A stretch of 64,000 bases of DNA from Octopus vulgaris (GCA_951406725.2 OX597834.1:43338001-43402000), one strand, 5' to 3'. Counted from the stretch's first letter, positions 27,635 through 40,054 are shown. A program made the numbers and translations. The notes: a model not told the origin generated them from the letters alone.

Positions 27635-28635
27635 ACATCATCAACATTACTACTAGCACAATAACACGCCACCACCGCCACCACCACCTCCACTATCACC
27701 ACCACCACCACTACCATCAACACCAACACCAACACCTACGTCAGTCTCCTTCTCCTACATCCCCACATCCCCTTCTGCCTCCTCCTCCACCTCCTCTTCA
27801 TCGTTGTCGTCGTCACCGTGATCATAATTCAGTATTTATTTCACCCAAACATTAGTAAGTTTTAGGTCAGCAACAGTTTAATAATTATAATAAATTACTT
27901 TTTTCCATAATTAATGTTTATTTTTATATTTTGTTTGTTTGCTTATTTATCTTAATTTATTTTTTTGTTTTTAATTTGCAATTATATTATGATTTGTTTT
28001 CATATTATTATCAAAAATTAATTAATGAGACATTTAATTACAGCTCTGTAGATTATTTAGATGGAGACGAATATTTATTTTAATAAAACGTCATTACCCC
28101 ACCACATTTTTTTTAATACAACCTAAATCACGTTTTAATTAATTTCAACAGTTTAAACTTTTCAAAGTTGATTTCGTATCTGCCATCTCGTCGAGGTTCT
28201 TTTACATTTTATTAGCAAAAGAACAGCCACGGTCAAGGTTAGCGAAACCTTTGATGGCCGCTAATAGGAATTTTAAGAATTACTTTTATCCGTGTTAATA
28301 AGTTGATCCTATAGCCTTGTTAATTATGGATAATGTTGTTCTTGTTTTGGTATTGGTGCTGGTGGTGGTTGCAGTTTTTGTGGCGGTGGAGGTATGTCGT
28401 GGTGCTGACAGTGGTGGTGCCGGTGGTAGCTGGTGTTGTAATAGTAGCAGCAGCATTTATAGATTTATATATATGCGTGTGTGTGACTGTCTTTATGTGC
28501 GCGCGCACGAGTGTGGATCTCGGTATATAGACATATATGTATATGCACAAACACACACACACACCTATATATATATATATATATATATACCTGTATATAT
28601 TGCACATAATGTTATATATATATATATATATATAT

Positions 28636-28724
<89 letters not shown>

Positions 28725-28954
28725 AGCAAGACGACCCCCACCCCCGTGCAATGGAAGGTGCTGAGTTGTCAAACATTTAAACCAAATTTTCTGAAAACAA
28801 CTTGTCCGACCGTCACATAGGCCTCCCCTTTCAGAAACACTGATTAAACCTAAATTTGAGACACCAGCAAAAGAAGAACTAAAGATAGACATTTCCTTCT
28901 ATTCCAAAGAAAAACGATTTTATTCACTTTAGCGATCGCATTCTCACCTGGAAT

Positions 28955-29071
28955 CGAAAGGGTGAAAGGCAAAGTCAACTTCGGTGGAATTTGAACTCAG
29001 AACGTAGCGGCAGAGGAAATACCGCTAAGCATTTCGCCCGGCGTGCTAACGATCCAGCAAGTTCGCCGCCA
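28955..29071 (-). mobile_element. SINE family B 5' half
   Basis: GAAAGGCAAAGTCAACTTCGGTGGAATTTGAACTCAGAACGTAGCGGCAGA...CATTTCGCCCGGCGTGCTAACG. Confidence 0.85.
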
Positions 29072-29313
29072 TATTGCGCTTTAGTTATGTCGGGGGTTTT
29101 AATTTTGCTCTTGAAATTATGGTTGATTTAGCGGAGCTGATTACGTTGGGCGTGGCATTTTGCATTCTGTCGGTTCTTGAAATGGTAGTATGGCGGTGAT
29201 TGTGGTGCTGGTGCAGGTAGTCGTAGTAGTGGTGGAGGTGGAGGTTGTTGTGGTGGAAGTAGTTTTAGTAGTGGTGGTGGTGATAGTACCCATATTATAT
29301 TTGCTGTTATAAT

Positions 29314-29714
29314 CCTTTCTACTATAGGAACAAGGCCTGAAATTTTGCGGGAGGGACCTGGTCGATTTAATCGATCTCAGTGTTCCACTGCTACTTAATA
29401 TATCGACCTCAAAGGATAAAAGGCAAAGTCGGTTTCGGAGCAATTAGAACCCAGATCGTAGCGGCAGACAAAATACCTATTTCTATTTTTTTACTACCCA
29501 CAAGGGGCTAAACATAGAGAGGACAAACAAGGACAGTCAAACGGATTAAGTCGATTATATCGACCCAGTGCGTAACTGGTACTTATTTAATCGACCCCGA
29601 AAAAATGAAAGGCAAAGTCGACCTCGGCGGAATTTGAACTCAGAAAGTAGCGGCAGACGAAATACGGCTCAGCATTTCACCCAGCGTGCTAACGATTCTG
29701 CCAGCTCGCTGCCT
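29314..29714 (-). mobile_element. SINE family B, two-module copy with target-site duplication
   Basis: Flanked by TTATATTTGCTGTTATAAT (~29295) and TTATATTTGCTGTAATAAT (~29715). Confidence 0.95.
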
Positions 29715-29894
29715 TTATATTTGCTGTAATAATAACAGCGGCATTTATAGATTGACATGTACGTGTGTATATGCGTGTGTGTGAGAGTGTGCGTGTGTGG
29801 ACGGGCGTGTGTAGATGCCTGTCTTAGTGTGTATAGATATATGCACATATACAAGCATATGTCTATCCGTACATACATCTATATCTCTATGTAT

Positions 29895-30110
29895 ATTGGT
29901 TTCAATCTTTGGCAAAAGGCTAGCAATCTTGAGGTAAGTGTTAAGTCGATTACACCATCCACAGTGCGCAACTCGTTCCGAATTTGTCCAGCTAGAAAGG
30001 GTAACGGGCAAAGTCGACCTCTGCGGAATTTGAACTCGGTACGTACCGATGGGCGAATTGCCGCTAAGCTAGACAAGTGCCGGCATGTTGAAGATTCTAT
30101 CAGTTTGCCC
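29895..30110 (-). mobile_element. SINE family B, diverged
   Basis: TTGGTTTCAATCTTTGGCAAAAGGC...GGCAAAGTCGACCTCTGCGGAATTTGAACTC. Confidence 0.75.
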
Positions 30111-30120
30111 CCTTTCTATG

Positions 30121-30188
<68 letters not shown>

Positions 30189-30366
30189 CAGACAGAAAAA
30201 CAGATATAGATAGATAGATTGATAGATGGATGGATGGAGGGAGGGATGAATGGACGGATAGATGGATAGATAGACATACAGACAGATAGGTAAATAGATA
30301 GATAGATAAAGCGAGAGAGAGAGAACAGATAAAGAAAAAAGCAGACAGACAGACAGAAAGACAGAC
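30121..30366. repeat. (TAGA)n and derived tetranucleotides
   Basis: Direct reading. Confidence 0.9.
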
Positions 30367-30892
30367 GGCTAAGTAGTTTTGCTGTTTTTATCGTCGCTGT
30401 TGTCGTTGGCGTTGTTGATGTTGGTGTTTGTGATGATGTTGCTGATGGTGGTGCTGATTGTTGTTGTGGTGGTGGTGGTGGTGGTGGTGGCTGTAGTGTT
30501 GGCGTTGGCAGCCGTGCTGCTTGGATTCACGTAAGTTTGAGTTAATTTCAAGAATAAATATAAACTCATTAAATCTCATTAATTAAATACGAACATTAAA
30601 TGTAATTTAGCAATCCCAGCCAATTAGAAAAGTTTTCTCGAGTCAGCGATATAAATGTACTGTAATGACAAACCTAATTCGCACTAACAAATACAGAGAC
30701 GTGTATGAGCTGTAGGTATAAATCTCTCTCTCCATCTCTGTCACTTTCTCTCTCTATCCGCTTATATATATGCGCCTTTGTGTGTAGGTATATCTCTTCG
30801 TATCTATCTGTATGTCTGTCTGTTTCTCTCTCTGTACACACTCACACACACACACAATACATACATACACCGCACACACATACGTATGTATT

Positions 30893-31036
30893 TATTTCTT
30901 TATGGCCCAGAGGGGAATGGCTAAACATAGAGGGGGCAAACGGGGGCAGAAAAAGGGATTTTGTCGATTACATCGACCCCAGTGCATAACTGGTATTTAT
31001 TTAATCGACCCCGAAAGGATGAAAGACAAAGTCGAC
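30893..31036 (-). mobile_element. SINE family B 3' fragment
   Basis: GGCTAAACATAGAGGGG...GTCGATTACATCGACCCCAGTGC.TAACTGGTA.TTATTTAATCGACCCCGAAAGGATGAAAG. Confidence 0.8.
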
Positions 31037-31172
31037 ACATACATATATATTGACATGTGTAACTGAATGTACCAAAAAAAGTGAGTTTCTGGGGCTCTGT
31101 ATAAATATGTAACAAATAATGAATGCATATATATATGTGTGTGTGTGTGTGTGACTGTGTATGTCTGTGTGC

Positions 31173-31218
<46 letters not shown>

Positions 31219-31302
31219 ACAAATATATATATACGTTCATACATTACACACATAAAATCCATACATACATATATATGTATATATATATATATGTATATAT
31301 AT

Positions 31303-31343
<41 letters not shown>

Positions 31344-32234
31344 CGCATCTATAAATATGTGTGTGTGTATCGTTGCCCCTGTGATTCTGTGTTGGTAAGT
31401 GGGAATGTAGGCGTGGTGGTGTGTACGTGTGGTTGTGTGATTTAATGTAGATATCCGCTTGAATACCTGCGCGAAAATATGATATCGCTATGATACAGTA
31501 GCTGCCTCACTTCGTTATACAGATATATGGAAACCGACTTAAATAAACACGTTCTATTTCAGATGGAAAATTATATACATTCACGCCTTAAAACACGCAC
31601 ACACTCACAAGCACAAATACACTGACATATCTATATATACACATGCATACATACGTACCCACCTCTATACTTACATTGATACATACACAGTGTAGGAAAT
31701 GTTGGCATATAAATGTGTATGTGTGTATAAGTCATGCATATTTACAAAAAAGAAAAAATCCTCCGTATTTAGATTGTAGAATTTAATTATGAAAAGCGAC
31801 ACCACTCCCTAAGTCACACATTCAACACCTTTATAAGTATTAAGCGAATGTTCCTACAACTTCAACAAATCCGAACAATATTGATCAGACACCAGTGAGA
31901 ACAACATGGAACCTCTCATAGAATAGATGATTTGGTAATGAATTGAATACATGTACTAAAGTCAAACATGTATAAAGGGAACAAATAAACTAGACATCTA
32001 ATTGAAACAGAAACGTAGAAATGTATTGTCTTCGAAAGTAAAAGTTAAATTGAAAAAATAAGAAACCTAGAGCAAGAACACGCTTCATTTGTTGAAAGTT
32101 AATACAGGAGAGTGAAGTAAAGCGTAACGTCATGTAGACTCATATTGTTGATTTCTCCGATTTTCATGGATTTTATATTCCCCGCCTGGATGGGACATCG
32201 ATCGGTCGCTGGACTGGAGGAACGCTCCAAAACA

Positions 32235-32365
32235 CAACAGTGACAAAGAAACGAGGAATTAGGAATAGAAATTTCAGTAGAGCCCTGTGGTTATGATGAG
32301 AACAATGAGGGCATAATTTGTGGGTTGTAGCAGAAGTAAAGACAATCTGGACAACAGAGAAATGA
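32235..32365 (-). repeat. ~130-bp repeat homologous to 34078-34208 (possible LINE APE fragment)
   Basis: Both contain AATGAGGG.ATAATT.GTGGGTTGTAGCAGAAGTAAAGACA.TCTGGA. Confidence 0.7.
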
Positions 32366-32395
32366 GTGAGGAAACTGCGAGTAGAAATTAGCAGT

Positions 32396-32785
32396 GGTGT
32401 AGGCGTAGCGCTCTGGTAAGATGTTTGCTTCGCAGACGCATGGATACGGGTTCAATCCCAACGTGTAGGATTTTAAGGAACAGTTTTCTATTATAACTAT
32501 GGGCCAACCAAAGCCTTGTGAGTGAAATTGATAGGCGAAGATTGAAAGAATTCCGTAGAATATATCTATCTGAGACTTACTTGTCACTGTTTGTCGCCTA
32601 CTACTGCGTCACAACTGATGTGTGTTCATCCCCGTAGCATAGCGGTTCGGTAAAAGACCACGATAGAATAAGTATCAGTTTTCTTTTTAAAAAGAAGTCC
32701 TGGGATCGATTTGTACCCACTTGATCCCTTCAAGGTGGTCCTCCAGTATTACTGCAAGCTAATGACTGAGACAATTAAAACAAAA
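32396..32785 (+). mobile_element. SINE family A, diverged full length
   Basis: GGTTCAATCCC B-box, GGGCCAACCAAAGCCTTGTGAGTG, AGCGGTTCGGTAAAAGA, AATGACTGAGACAA tail. Confidence 0.8.
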
Positions 32786-32863
32786 TATAAATGTGGTCAG
32801 AACAAATCCCAGTGATGTACTGGGTTCGATCCCCGCCAAAAGATCAGGATTAGTATTTATATC

Positions 32864-33516
32864 GGTTTTAAATTTTGGCACAAGGCTAGCGGTTTGGGGT
32901 CGGGGTCGGGTGCTAAGTCGATTAAATCAACTCTAGTACTATCAGCCTGAAAATGATAATAGGTAAAGTCGAACTGGGCAGAATTTGAACTCGGAACATT
33001 CAAACGAAATGCCGCTACATATTTCGCCCAACCAGCTAACTACTCTGTCAGTTCACCGTCTCAGGATTTCTATCGATACCAGTTTCAAATTTTGACAAAA
33101 GGCCAGCAATTTGGAGGGACGAGCTGAGACGATTGCGTCGGGCCTAATGCTCAATTGGTACTTATTTTATCGACCCCGAAATGATGAAAGCAAAGTCGAC
33201 CTCAGCGGAATTTGAACTCGGAACATAAAGACGGACGAAACAACGTTAAGCATTTTGTCCGGTGTCTTGTCAGCTGGCAGCCTTGATTTGCATTTAGATT
33301 GGTTTCAAATTTTGGCACAAGGCCCGCAAGTTTGGGGAAGTGGTTAAGTCGATTAAATCGACCCCAGTGCTCGACTGACACTTATTATTTTTTCGATTCC
33401 GAAGTATAAAAGGCAAAGTCCACCTCATGGAAATTTTTACTCGGAACGCTTAGACAGACGAAATGCCGCTAAGCATTTGGCCCAGTGAGCCACCGACTCT
33501 GCCAACTTTCTGCCTT
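32864..33516 (-). mobile_element. Three head-to-tail SINE family B copies (~220-bp period)
   Basis: Units start at ~32864, 33081 and 33301 with GTTT.AAATTTTG.CA.AAGGC. Confidence 0.9.
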
Positions 33517-34077
33517 GATTTGTATTTCTCTGAGAATAGATTATTAGTCCCAATTACCACATCTTTTAAAGCGTCCACGCATTGAACTTTGAATTTTTAA
33601 TTAAGGCATTATATAATTAAGACTTAATGTACAATCCATACTTTTCCTTAGGACACCATTATTGTGTTAATACAGAATTAAATTTGAGAAACCCTACCAA
33701 CAGATGTTTAGTGCTTGGTTCGTTTGTTTACGTTGTTTCAGAAATTGCATTTAATATGAACAAACATGATGGATGCCATTCATAATTTACTCTAGCACGG
33801 TTCTCAGAAATGAGATTTCCATTTAGCACATTAATTTTTTATTACGTGTAAACGACTGAAGTATGGTTAAAACCTAGATGGTCATTCACTCTGCTAGAAA
33901 TTAGCAAATCTCATGCAACAATATATATCTTAAATAGTACCAAATGATATCAAAAATATTCACGAACTTCCTGTTTTTCGCAATCTAATAACTCTGCAAA
34001 CAATATTTCCAGAATGTTCGACTCTAATAGACATCTTATCTTAATGCAACAGCCACGACATCTACACACTTACAGAA

Positions 34078-34208
34078 GAACAGTGACTCAAAGAAACCTG
34101 GATTTAGGAAGAGAAATTTAGGTACAGCCTTGTGGATATGGTGAGAAAAATGAGGGAATAATTGGTGGGTTGTAGCAGAAGTAAAGACAGTCTGGAGTAC
34201 AGAGAATA
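34078..34208 (-). repeat. Second copy of the 32235-32365 repeat
   Basis: Direct visual alignment with 32235-32365. Confidence 0.7.
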
Positions 34209-34262
34209 TATGGGAATAGGCGAATGTGCTTCATGTAGACGCAACTTAGATTTTACCCTACC

Positions 34263-34780
34263 TATCAAGGTGTGCGGGAAAGTTCCTGATTTTGAGTAAA
34301 AGAAAATAGAGCAGTATTAGTTAATGACAATTTTAGTCAACACATTCTCCTCTCAGATTCTGAACTGTGCCACACAAGCAGGAGAAACCAGTCATGGCTG
34401 TCAGGCACTTTCTGCGATCACATCACCTCTAAAATCTGGCCAACTAACTTCCCAGACTGTAAAGCCCTTGATTATTATGTGTGTTGCGCAGTTGAGTGAG
34501 AGACCAACAAAACTGCTTGTCACTCCAAAGATGAACTGAAGGCAAGGATTATGGCGTTATTCACCAACTTAAGCAAAGCGACTGTTCGGAAGAGTTGCAG
34601 GAGATTCCGAAGTCGTCTGGAGGCCGTAGCGGAAGCCAACGGCGAATTAATTGAATAAATTTAGTCTTTAGTATTTCGAAATATTTTTAATGTAATTTTG
34701 GTAAATGTATCTGATAAAATGATGTGATTTTTATTTTCGTTTCTGCGTAATTTAAGCAACAATATATTCCCCGCGCCCTA
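34263..34780 (+). mobile_element. Internally deleted or composite Tc1/mariner remnant
   Basis: Mariner-like left end (CAAGGTGTGCGGGAAAGTTCC), transposase fragment, right end TATTCCCCGCGCCCTA followed by (TA)n. Confidence 0.6.
34368..34658 (+). pseudogene. Tc1/mariner (maT/DD37D-like) transposase C-terminal remnant
   Basis: CHTSRRNQSWLSGTFCDHITSKIWPTNFPDCKALDYYVCCAVE*ETNKTACHSKDELKARIMALFTNLSKATVRKSCRRFRSRLEAVAEANGELIE*. Resembles the WPPNSPDLNPLDY motif and RL..V..ANG..IE end. One internal stop. Confidence 0.85.
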
Positions 34781-34851
34781 TATATATATATATCCAAACA
34801 TATGGAGATATGCATGCATACGTACAGACACAGTACATAGTCACAAAAACC

Positions 34852-34904
<53 letters not shown>

Positions 34905-34907
34905 ACA

Positions 34908-35327
34908 AGTTACACTTGATCCAGTTATAGCTGGTTGCCCCTCCCAAAATTCTGAGCTAAGAGCATTAGGTTTTTTGTAAGAAAGCTAGTGAATGTGTAC
35001 GACAAGAAAGACAAACAGAATAAAAAACGGAGAACATGGTACACAATTACAAATTCAAACGAGAATAAAACAACAGGTGTCTTTCTAATGAGAACGAATC
35101 AAATAGAGCTGGCGTGTATAAGGTAAAAGCCTAAAGGCAGCAACATCGTTCTCAGTCGAAAGACACCTGTTGTTATATTCTTGTTGTTTGTATTTGTAAC
35201 TGTGTACCATGTTCTTCAATTTTTCTTTGATGCCGTAAACAGTCATTAGCTTTCTTACAAAAAAATTAGTGCTGTTAGTTTAGATTTTTTTGTGGAACAA
35301 ACAGATCGAGCAGTCTCAAGTGTAACT
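34908..35327. repeat. Long imperfect inverted repeat (foldback): arms 34908-35097 and 35146-35327, 48-nt spacer
   Basis: Arms share AGTTACACTTGA, TTTTTTGTAAGAAAGCTA, AGAACATGGTACACA, AACAACAGGTGTCTTTC and TGAGAACGA in reverse complement. Confidence 0.9.
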
Positions 35328-35554
35328 GGCCGAAACAGTAAAGACATCTGGTATCTTGACTGAAGAAAGAAGGTCATGAATGACCCGTCCTTCTTTTTCC
35401 CTGTCCTTCTAATTGTTGTTTCTCCTGTCCACCTTTATATCGTCTATCTGTCCGAATGCATTATTGTACTCTATTGCGTTTTTGTTCCATTTTTGATATT
35501 TATATATACATATAGCGGCGTACATACACACTTGTGCCGACTATATATATACCA

Positions 35555-35657
35555 ACGGCGGGTTTCTTTCACTTGCCGTCTACCAAATCCACTCACAAGC
35601 CTTTGGTCGGCCCGAGGCTATAATAGCTGCTTACCACACACAAACACGCCTGCGCCT
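35555..35657 (-). mobile_element. SINE family A fragment
   Basis: CCGTCTACCAAATCCACTCACAAG.CTTTGGTCGGCCCGAGGCTATA...CTTACCACAC. Confidence 0.75.
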
Positions 35658-36226
35658 GTATACAGTAATTATTGTTTCGACTTTATGAATTTTCGTATTC
35701 CATTCCTTCATTTAGTACGGATTTGGTGTGGCGATTACATACACAGCGATGTGTCCGTGTGAATATGTTCCTAATATGTAATAGGTAGGTGTGATAGGAA
35801 ACGTGTTTGTGTATGCGATGTAAATGCAAACACTTAGCTTTAAGTTGTACAGCCGATGCAATCAGCTAGACTAAATAAGATCTGGCAAAATAGAGAGGTA
35901 GTTGAAGCGTTCTTACGAATGATTGACGTTTATCATCAGCTATTATTGCTTGCAATAACTCTGCTGGTGGAGAGCGAATCACAGACAGCTTGTACAGTCA
36001 CACATCTCTCTGATAGAGACACACAACGACAACTGATCAACTTTCATACGGCGGAATTAAACGAGGCGATTATACAAAAGAAAGTTTCGCATATTAAATT
36101 ATTCTCAGTTTGTTATACAGGTCTTACGCTAACAAATTAATTGAATCAATTGGATGTGCTGGTCTATAATTACAGTAATAATCTAATACAATCCCTACCT
36201 TGCTATGCACCTACTTACGAACCTAC

Positions 36227-36376
36227 CTGTCCATCTTCACGCCAGTCGCCACCGCTGGCGCCTACGTCAACATCATGTCGAGCACAGGCATCAGTAACAG
36301 CGTGCTCACGATCAGCAGCAGTAGGTATTACTATCTTATAAGCTGCAGTAGCCATATCTGTCCTCTCATCCATCAC
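36227..36376 (-). CDS. Candidate 150-nt coding exon (phase 0/0) of an unidentified gene
   Basis: Minus strand: ttctgttcgttaaatctccgcatag|GTG ATG GAT ... GGA CAG|gtaggt. Only one frame is open: VMDERTDMATAAYKIVIPTAADREHAVTDACARHDVDVGASGGDWREDGQ. GC-richer, non-repetitive island. No protein family recognised. Confidence 0.6.
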
Positions 36377-36467
36377 CTATGCGGAGATTTAACGAACAGA
36401 ATATATCGTTAACCTGCATGTAACATTTGCTACTTAATTGAAAGGAAATACACACATGCGCAGTTAC

Positions 36468-36551
<84 letters not shown>

Positions 36552-36567
36552 ATATATATATATATAT
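36468..36567. repeat. (TATC)n then (TA)n
   Basis: Direct reading. Confidence 0.95.
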
Positions 36568-36808
36568 AAATCTATGCAAATTTCTACCTGTATGTGAGTG
36601 CCAATACATATATATACATATAATTACACACATACACATTTATATATGTATGTTCAAATAAAGATTATTAATATATTATGTAGGATAAGAAAATTAAAAC
36701 AATTTAAACCTATATATTGTATTAAGCAGAATATAGAAATGTATACAATACATATATGCAAACATACGTACATATATACATATATACGTACGTGTGTGTG
36801 TATGTGTA

Positions 36809-36846
<38 letters not shown>

Positions 36847-37566
36847 ATGATAGACAGATACACAGATAGATAGATTGGTAGATACATATCCTTACAATAT
36901 ATGTATATGTATGTGCATGTATGTATATATATATATGTATATAAAGAGTGAGAGAGAGAATGAAAGAGCTGCATACATACATGTATATGTATACAATGTG
37001 CTATACGCATGGTGATATGGATATAATAACATGATAAAATGATATATCTATTATCGTATTAACTTAACGGTTCCCGCAGCTGCCTCATGTGGAAATGAAT
37101 TCGTCTATAGTTTATGAGGCTGGCTTTTAAACGGAGACAAATGAGTTATTGTCGTGTCATGTAGTCTGTAACTAGTAGTCGTAGCTCGCTCATGAGGTTA
37201 AAATCATTAAATTTAGGGTTTTCATTAGACAACGATTGTAACATGGCCTTCTGCGTTTCTGACAGGAATCGAAGTGGAAGTACTGTCATCATTTAGTTCG
37301 CAATGGAATATACGGTAATTTCTTAGATTAACTTAAGAGCAAAATGAGATAGTGTACACATACATCTATAGACAAGCACAGGCGTACACACACATATATA
37401 TACACACACATCGTCATGTACACACGCACATGCCTGCACACTCATACGCTAACAGGTTTTCACACGAACACCCACGTATACGGTCTTATGCATTCACAAG
37501 ACGATGCACGCATGCTTTTACATTTAATGATAATATGCAAACGCATAAATAGTCGCACGTAATATG

Positions 37567-37627
<61 letters not shown>

Positions 37628-38082
37628 GTATGTATATACGTGAAAGCATCCAAGACGGACATTTATTATATATAATTAAATATAGAATTATGTGATGTAC
37701 TTCTTGATACCAACACACAAACACTCACACGTATACACACATACACACAAGCATACAAATAAATATACTTGTATCTATGTTTGTATTTGAATGTTATGGC
37801 GAACATTTGCGTGTATTTACTGTATAATGGTTAAAAGTAAAATATCACTGGTGCTCCGTTAATCGAGTTTCATGCCAATGAATGCAATCATCAGTGGAAG
37901 AATGACCAAAAGGTTTCATTCGAATTAATGTTATTAAATAATGGCCGCTATTGATAAGTGTTGTCCTGCTAACATCCACTTTGATTCAATGATAGCTTTT
38001 TTAAGAAGGAAAGAAACAAAAAATTATGATTTAAGTAACAGTTTCCTGCTCTTCGGTGGTGTTAAATGAATAATATTAATGC

Positions 38083-38306
38083 GCCCTTTTAGAGCCTAGC
38101 CAGGCTCATGGGCCCTGTTTCCCAGTTTCAATGGCGTTTCTTTTCCCCCAGCTCGACGGGACACCAGTCCATCGTAGCGTTACTCATTTTTGCCAGCGGA
38201 GTGGACTGGAGCAACATGAAATGAAGTGTTTTGCTCAAGAACTCAAAGCGTTGCCCGGTCCAGGAATCGAAACCACAACCTTACGATTATGATGCTGACA
38301 CCCTAA

Positions 38307-38309
<3 letters not shown>
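38083..38309 (-). mobile_element. SINE family C (CORE-like)
   Basis: Minus strand GGTTTCGATTCCTGGACCGGGC...CTTGAGCAAAACACTTCATTTCATGTTGCTCCAGTCCACTC...GATGGACTGGTGTCCCGTC. Confidence 0.85.
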
Positions 38310-38373
<64 letters not shown>

Positions 38374-38498
38374 TGTGAGAGAGAGAGAGGGGTTATAAGA
38401 GGTAATGATGTCAGTGAGACCCAAATGTGTCAGGTTATGCTGAATAAGTGCTATGGATAAACCATAGTTAAGTTCCTGATTTGGTGATATGTGACCTC

Positions 38499-38697
38499 GT
38501 GTGTACCGTTGGCAATTTTTTTTCCTCTGTCTTCCCTTCTCTGGATCTTTCCTTCTCCTATGTTTCCGACGAGGAGCTCCGCTCGAAACGTTAAACCCTC
38601 CTTCTTTCCTTCTTTCCTGAGCGTCCAATAATACTCTATTTGTTCCACGTCCTCGCGTTGTTGTGTTTTTTGTGCTTTCTTGTTTGGATTAACTTTA
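38499..38697 (+). mobile_element. PLE pseudo-LTR-like short element with minimal hammerhead, copy 2
   Basis: HHR at 38562-38596: GTTT-CCGACGA-G-GAGC-TCC-GCTC-GAAAC-GTT-AAAC. Ends TTTGGATTAACTTTA just before (TA)n. Confidence 0.7.
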
Positions 38698-39097
38698 ACA
38701 ACTATATATATATATATATATATATATACACCTATATATAAATATATATACATATATATATATATATGTATGTATGTATGCATTTACGTATAAACATATG
38801 GAATAGGGAATACGTAACAAGAATGACAACAACAGGAGCGGGAGCAGCAGCAGCCGGAGCAGCAGCAATGATAGTTATGGTTAGAATTTGTGTTCACAAT
38901 CAGTTTGACGATACACAATTTTCAACGATCACAATATCATTCTGTTATAAGAAATGAATAATTGAACTGTCTATATTAGGAAATAAATGTGGCTGTCGTC
39001 GTCATTACACTAAGAAATTAATTGAATCCGTTGTGTCGAGACATAATTACAATAACAATCGAAAGTAGCATATATATATACATACATACATATATAC

Positions 39098-39144
<47 letters not shown>

Positions 39145-39249
39145 TAAAGATACCTACATGCCTACATACATACACACAACACACACACATATGTATATGT
39201 ACACATACATATATACGTAGATATATGTAAATAATATACATATATATAC

Positions 39250-39290
<41 letters not shown>

Positions 39291-39296
39291 TATCTA

Positions 39297-39422
<126 letters not shown>

Positions 39423-40023
39423 TTATTTTACACGGTATATACATGTATATGTGTATTTATACATATAGAGAGACACACATACCTACACATTCCTACTTTA
39501 GCAACACTAACTTAAATAGAAGTAGTTGGACATTTGTAACACGAGGCAAATTAACAAAAGAGTCTCTATGCAAGCAATTATTATATTTGCTAGAAACAAC
39601 AGCCAAATCACGATCACGTCGGTCGAAAAGAGCAATAATACTTTCGAATGACGTAGTACTCTGGACACGATGATTTAAAAAACAATAGTGAAATGTTATT
39701 GGCAATATTTAGATATTAACCTGGGTCTGAAGGAAACACTTCTGCAAAGATGGATGCATCTGCAGATGTATTTGTAGATGTAATTCGCTTGTTTGATAAT
39801 TCGGTTTTTACTTACATAAACAAGCATGTGATGTAAGTAAACTCCAGAATGGGTTTTGCCGAACTAAGTAAGGAAGGCAAGGCTTGTGTACATAACCATG
39901 CTTATGATAAACAAAGATTATAATTTGATGTCTATATAAAACGTAAAAAAAGATTTATGATGGGCGCTTATATAGCGGAATCATCATCATCATCATGGAC
40001 TTCTTCTTCTTCTTAACTTCTTA

Positions 40024-40024
<1 letters not shown>

Positions 40025-40054
<30 letters not shown>

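Noticed and set aside
32864-33516. CRISPR-like periodicity (also 56201-56332)
   Set aside because: Eukaryotic context, units are SINEs or microsatellite derivatives, no unique spacers and no cas genes.
35328-35376. Type II hammerhead reading (GAAAC-A-GTA...CTGAAGA)
   Set aside because: Needs extra unpaired bases before the core and stem II cannot form canonically.
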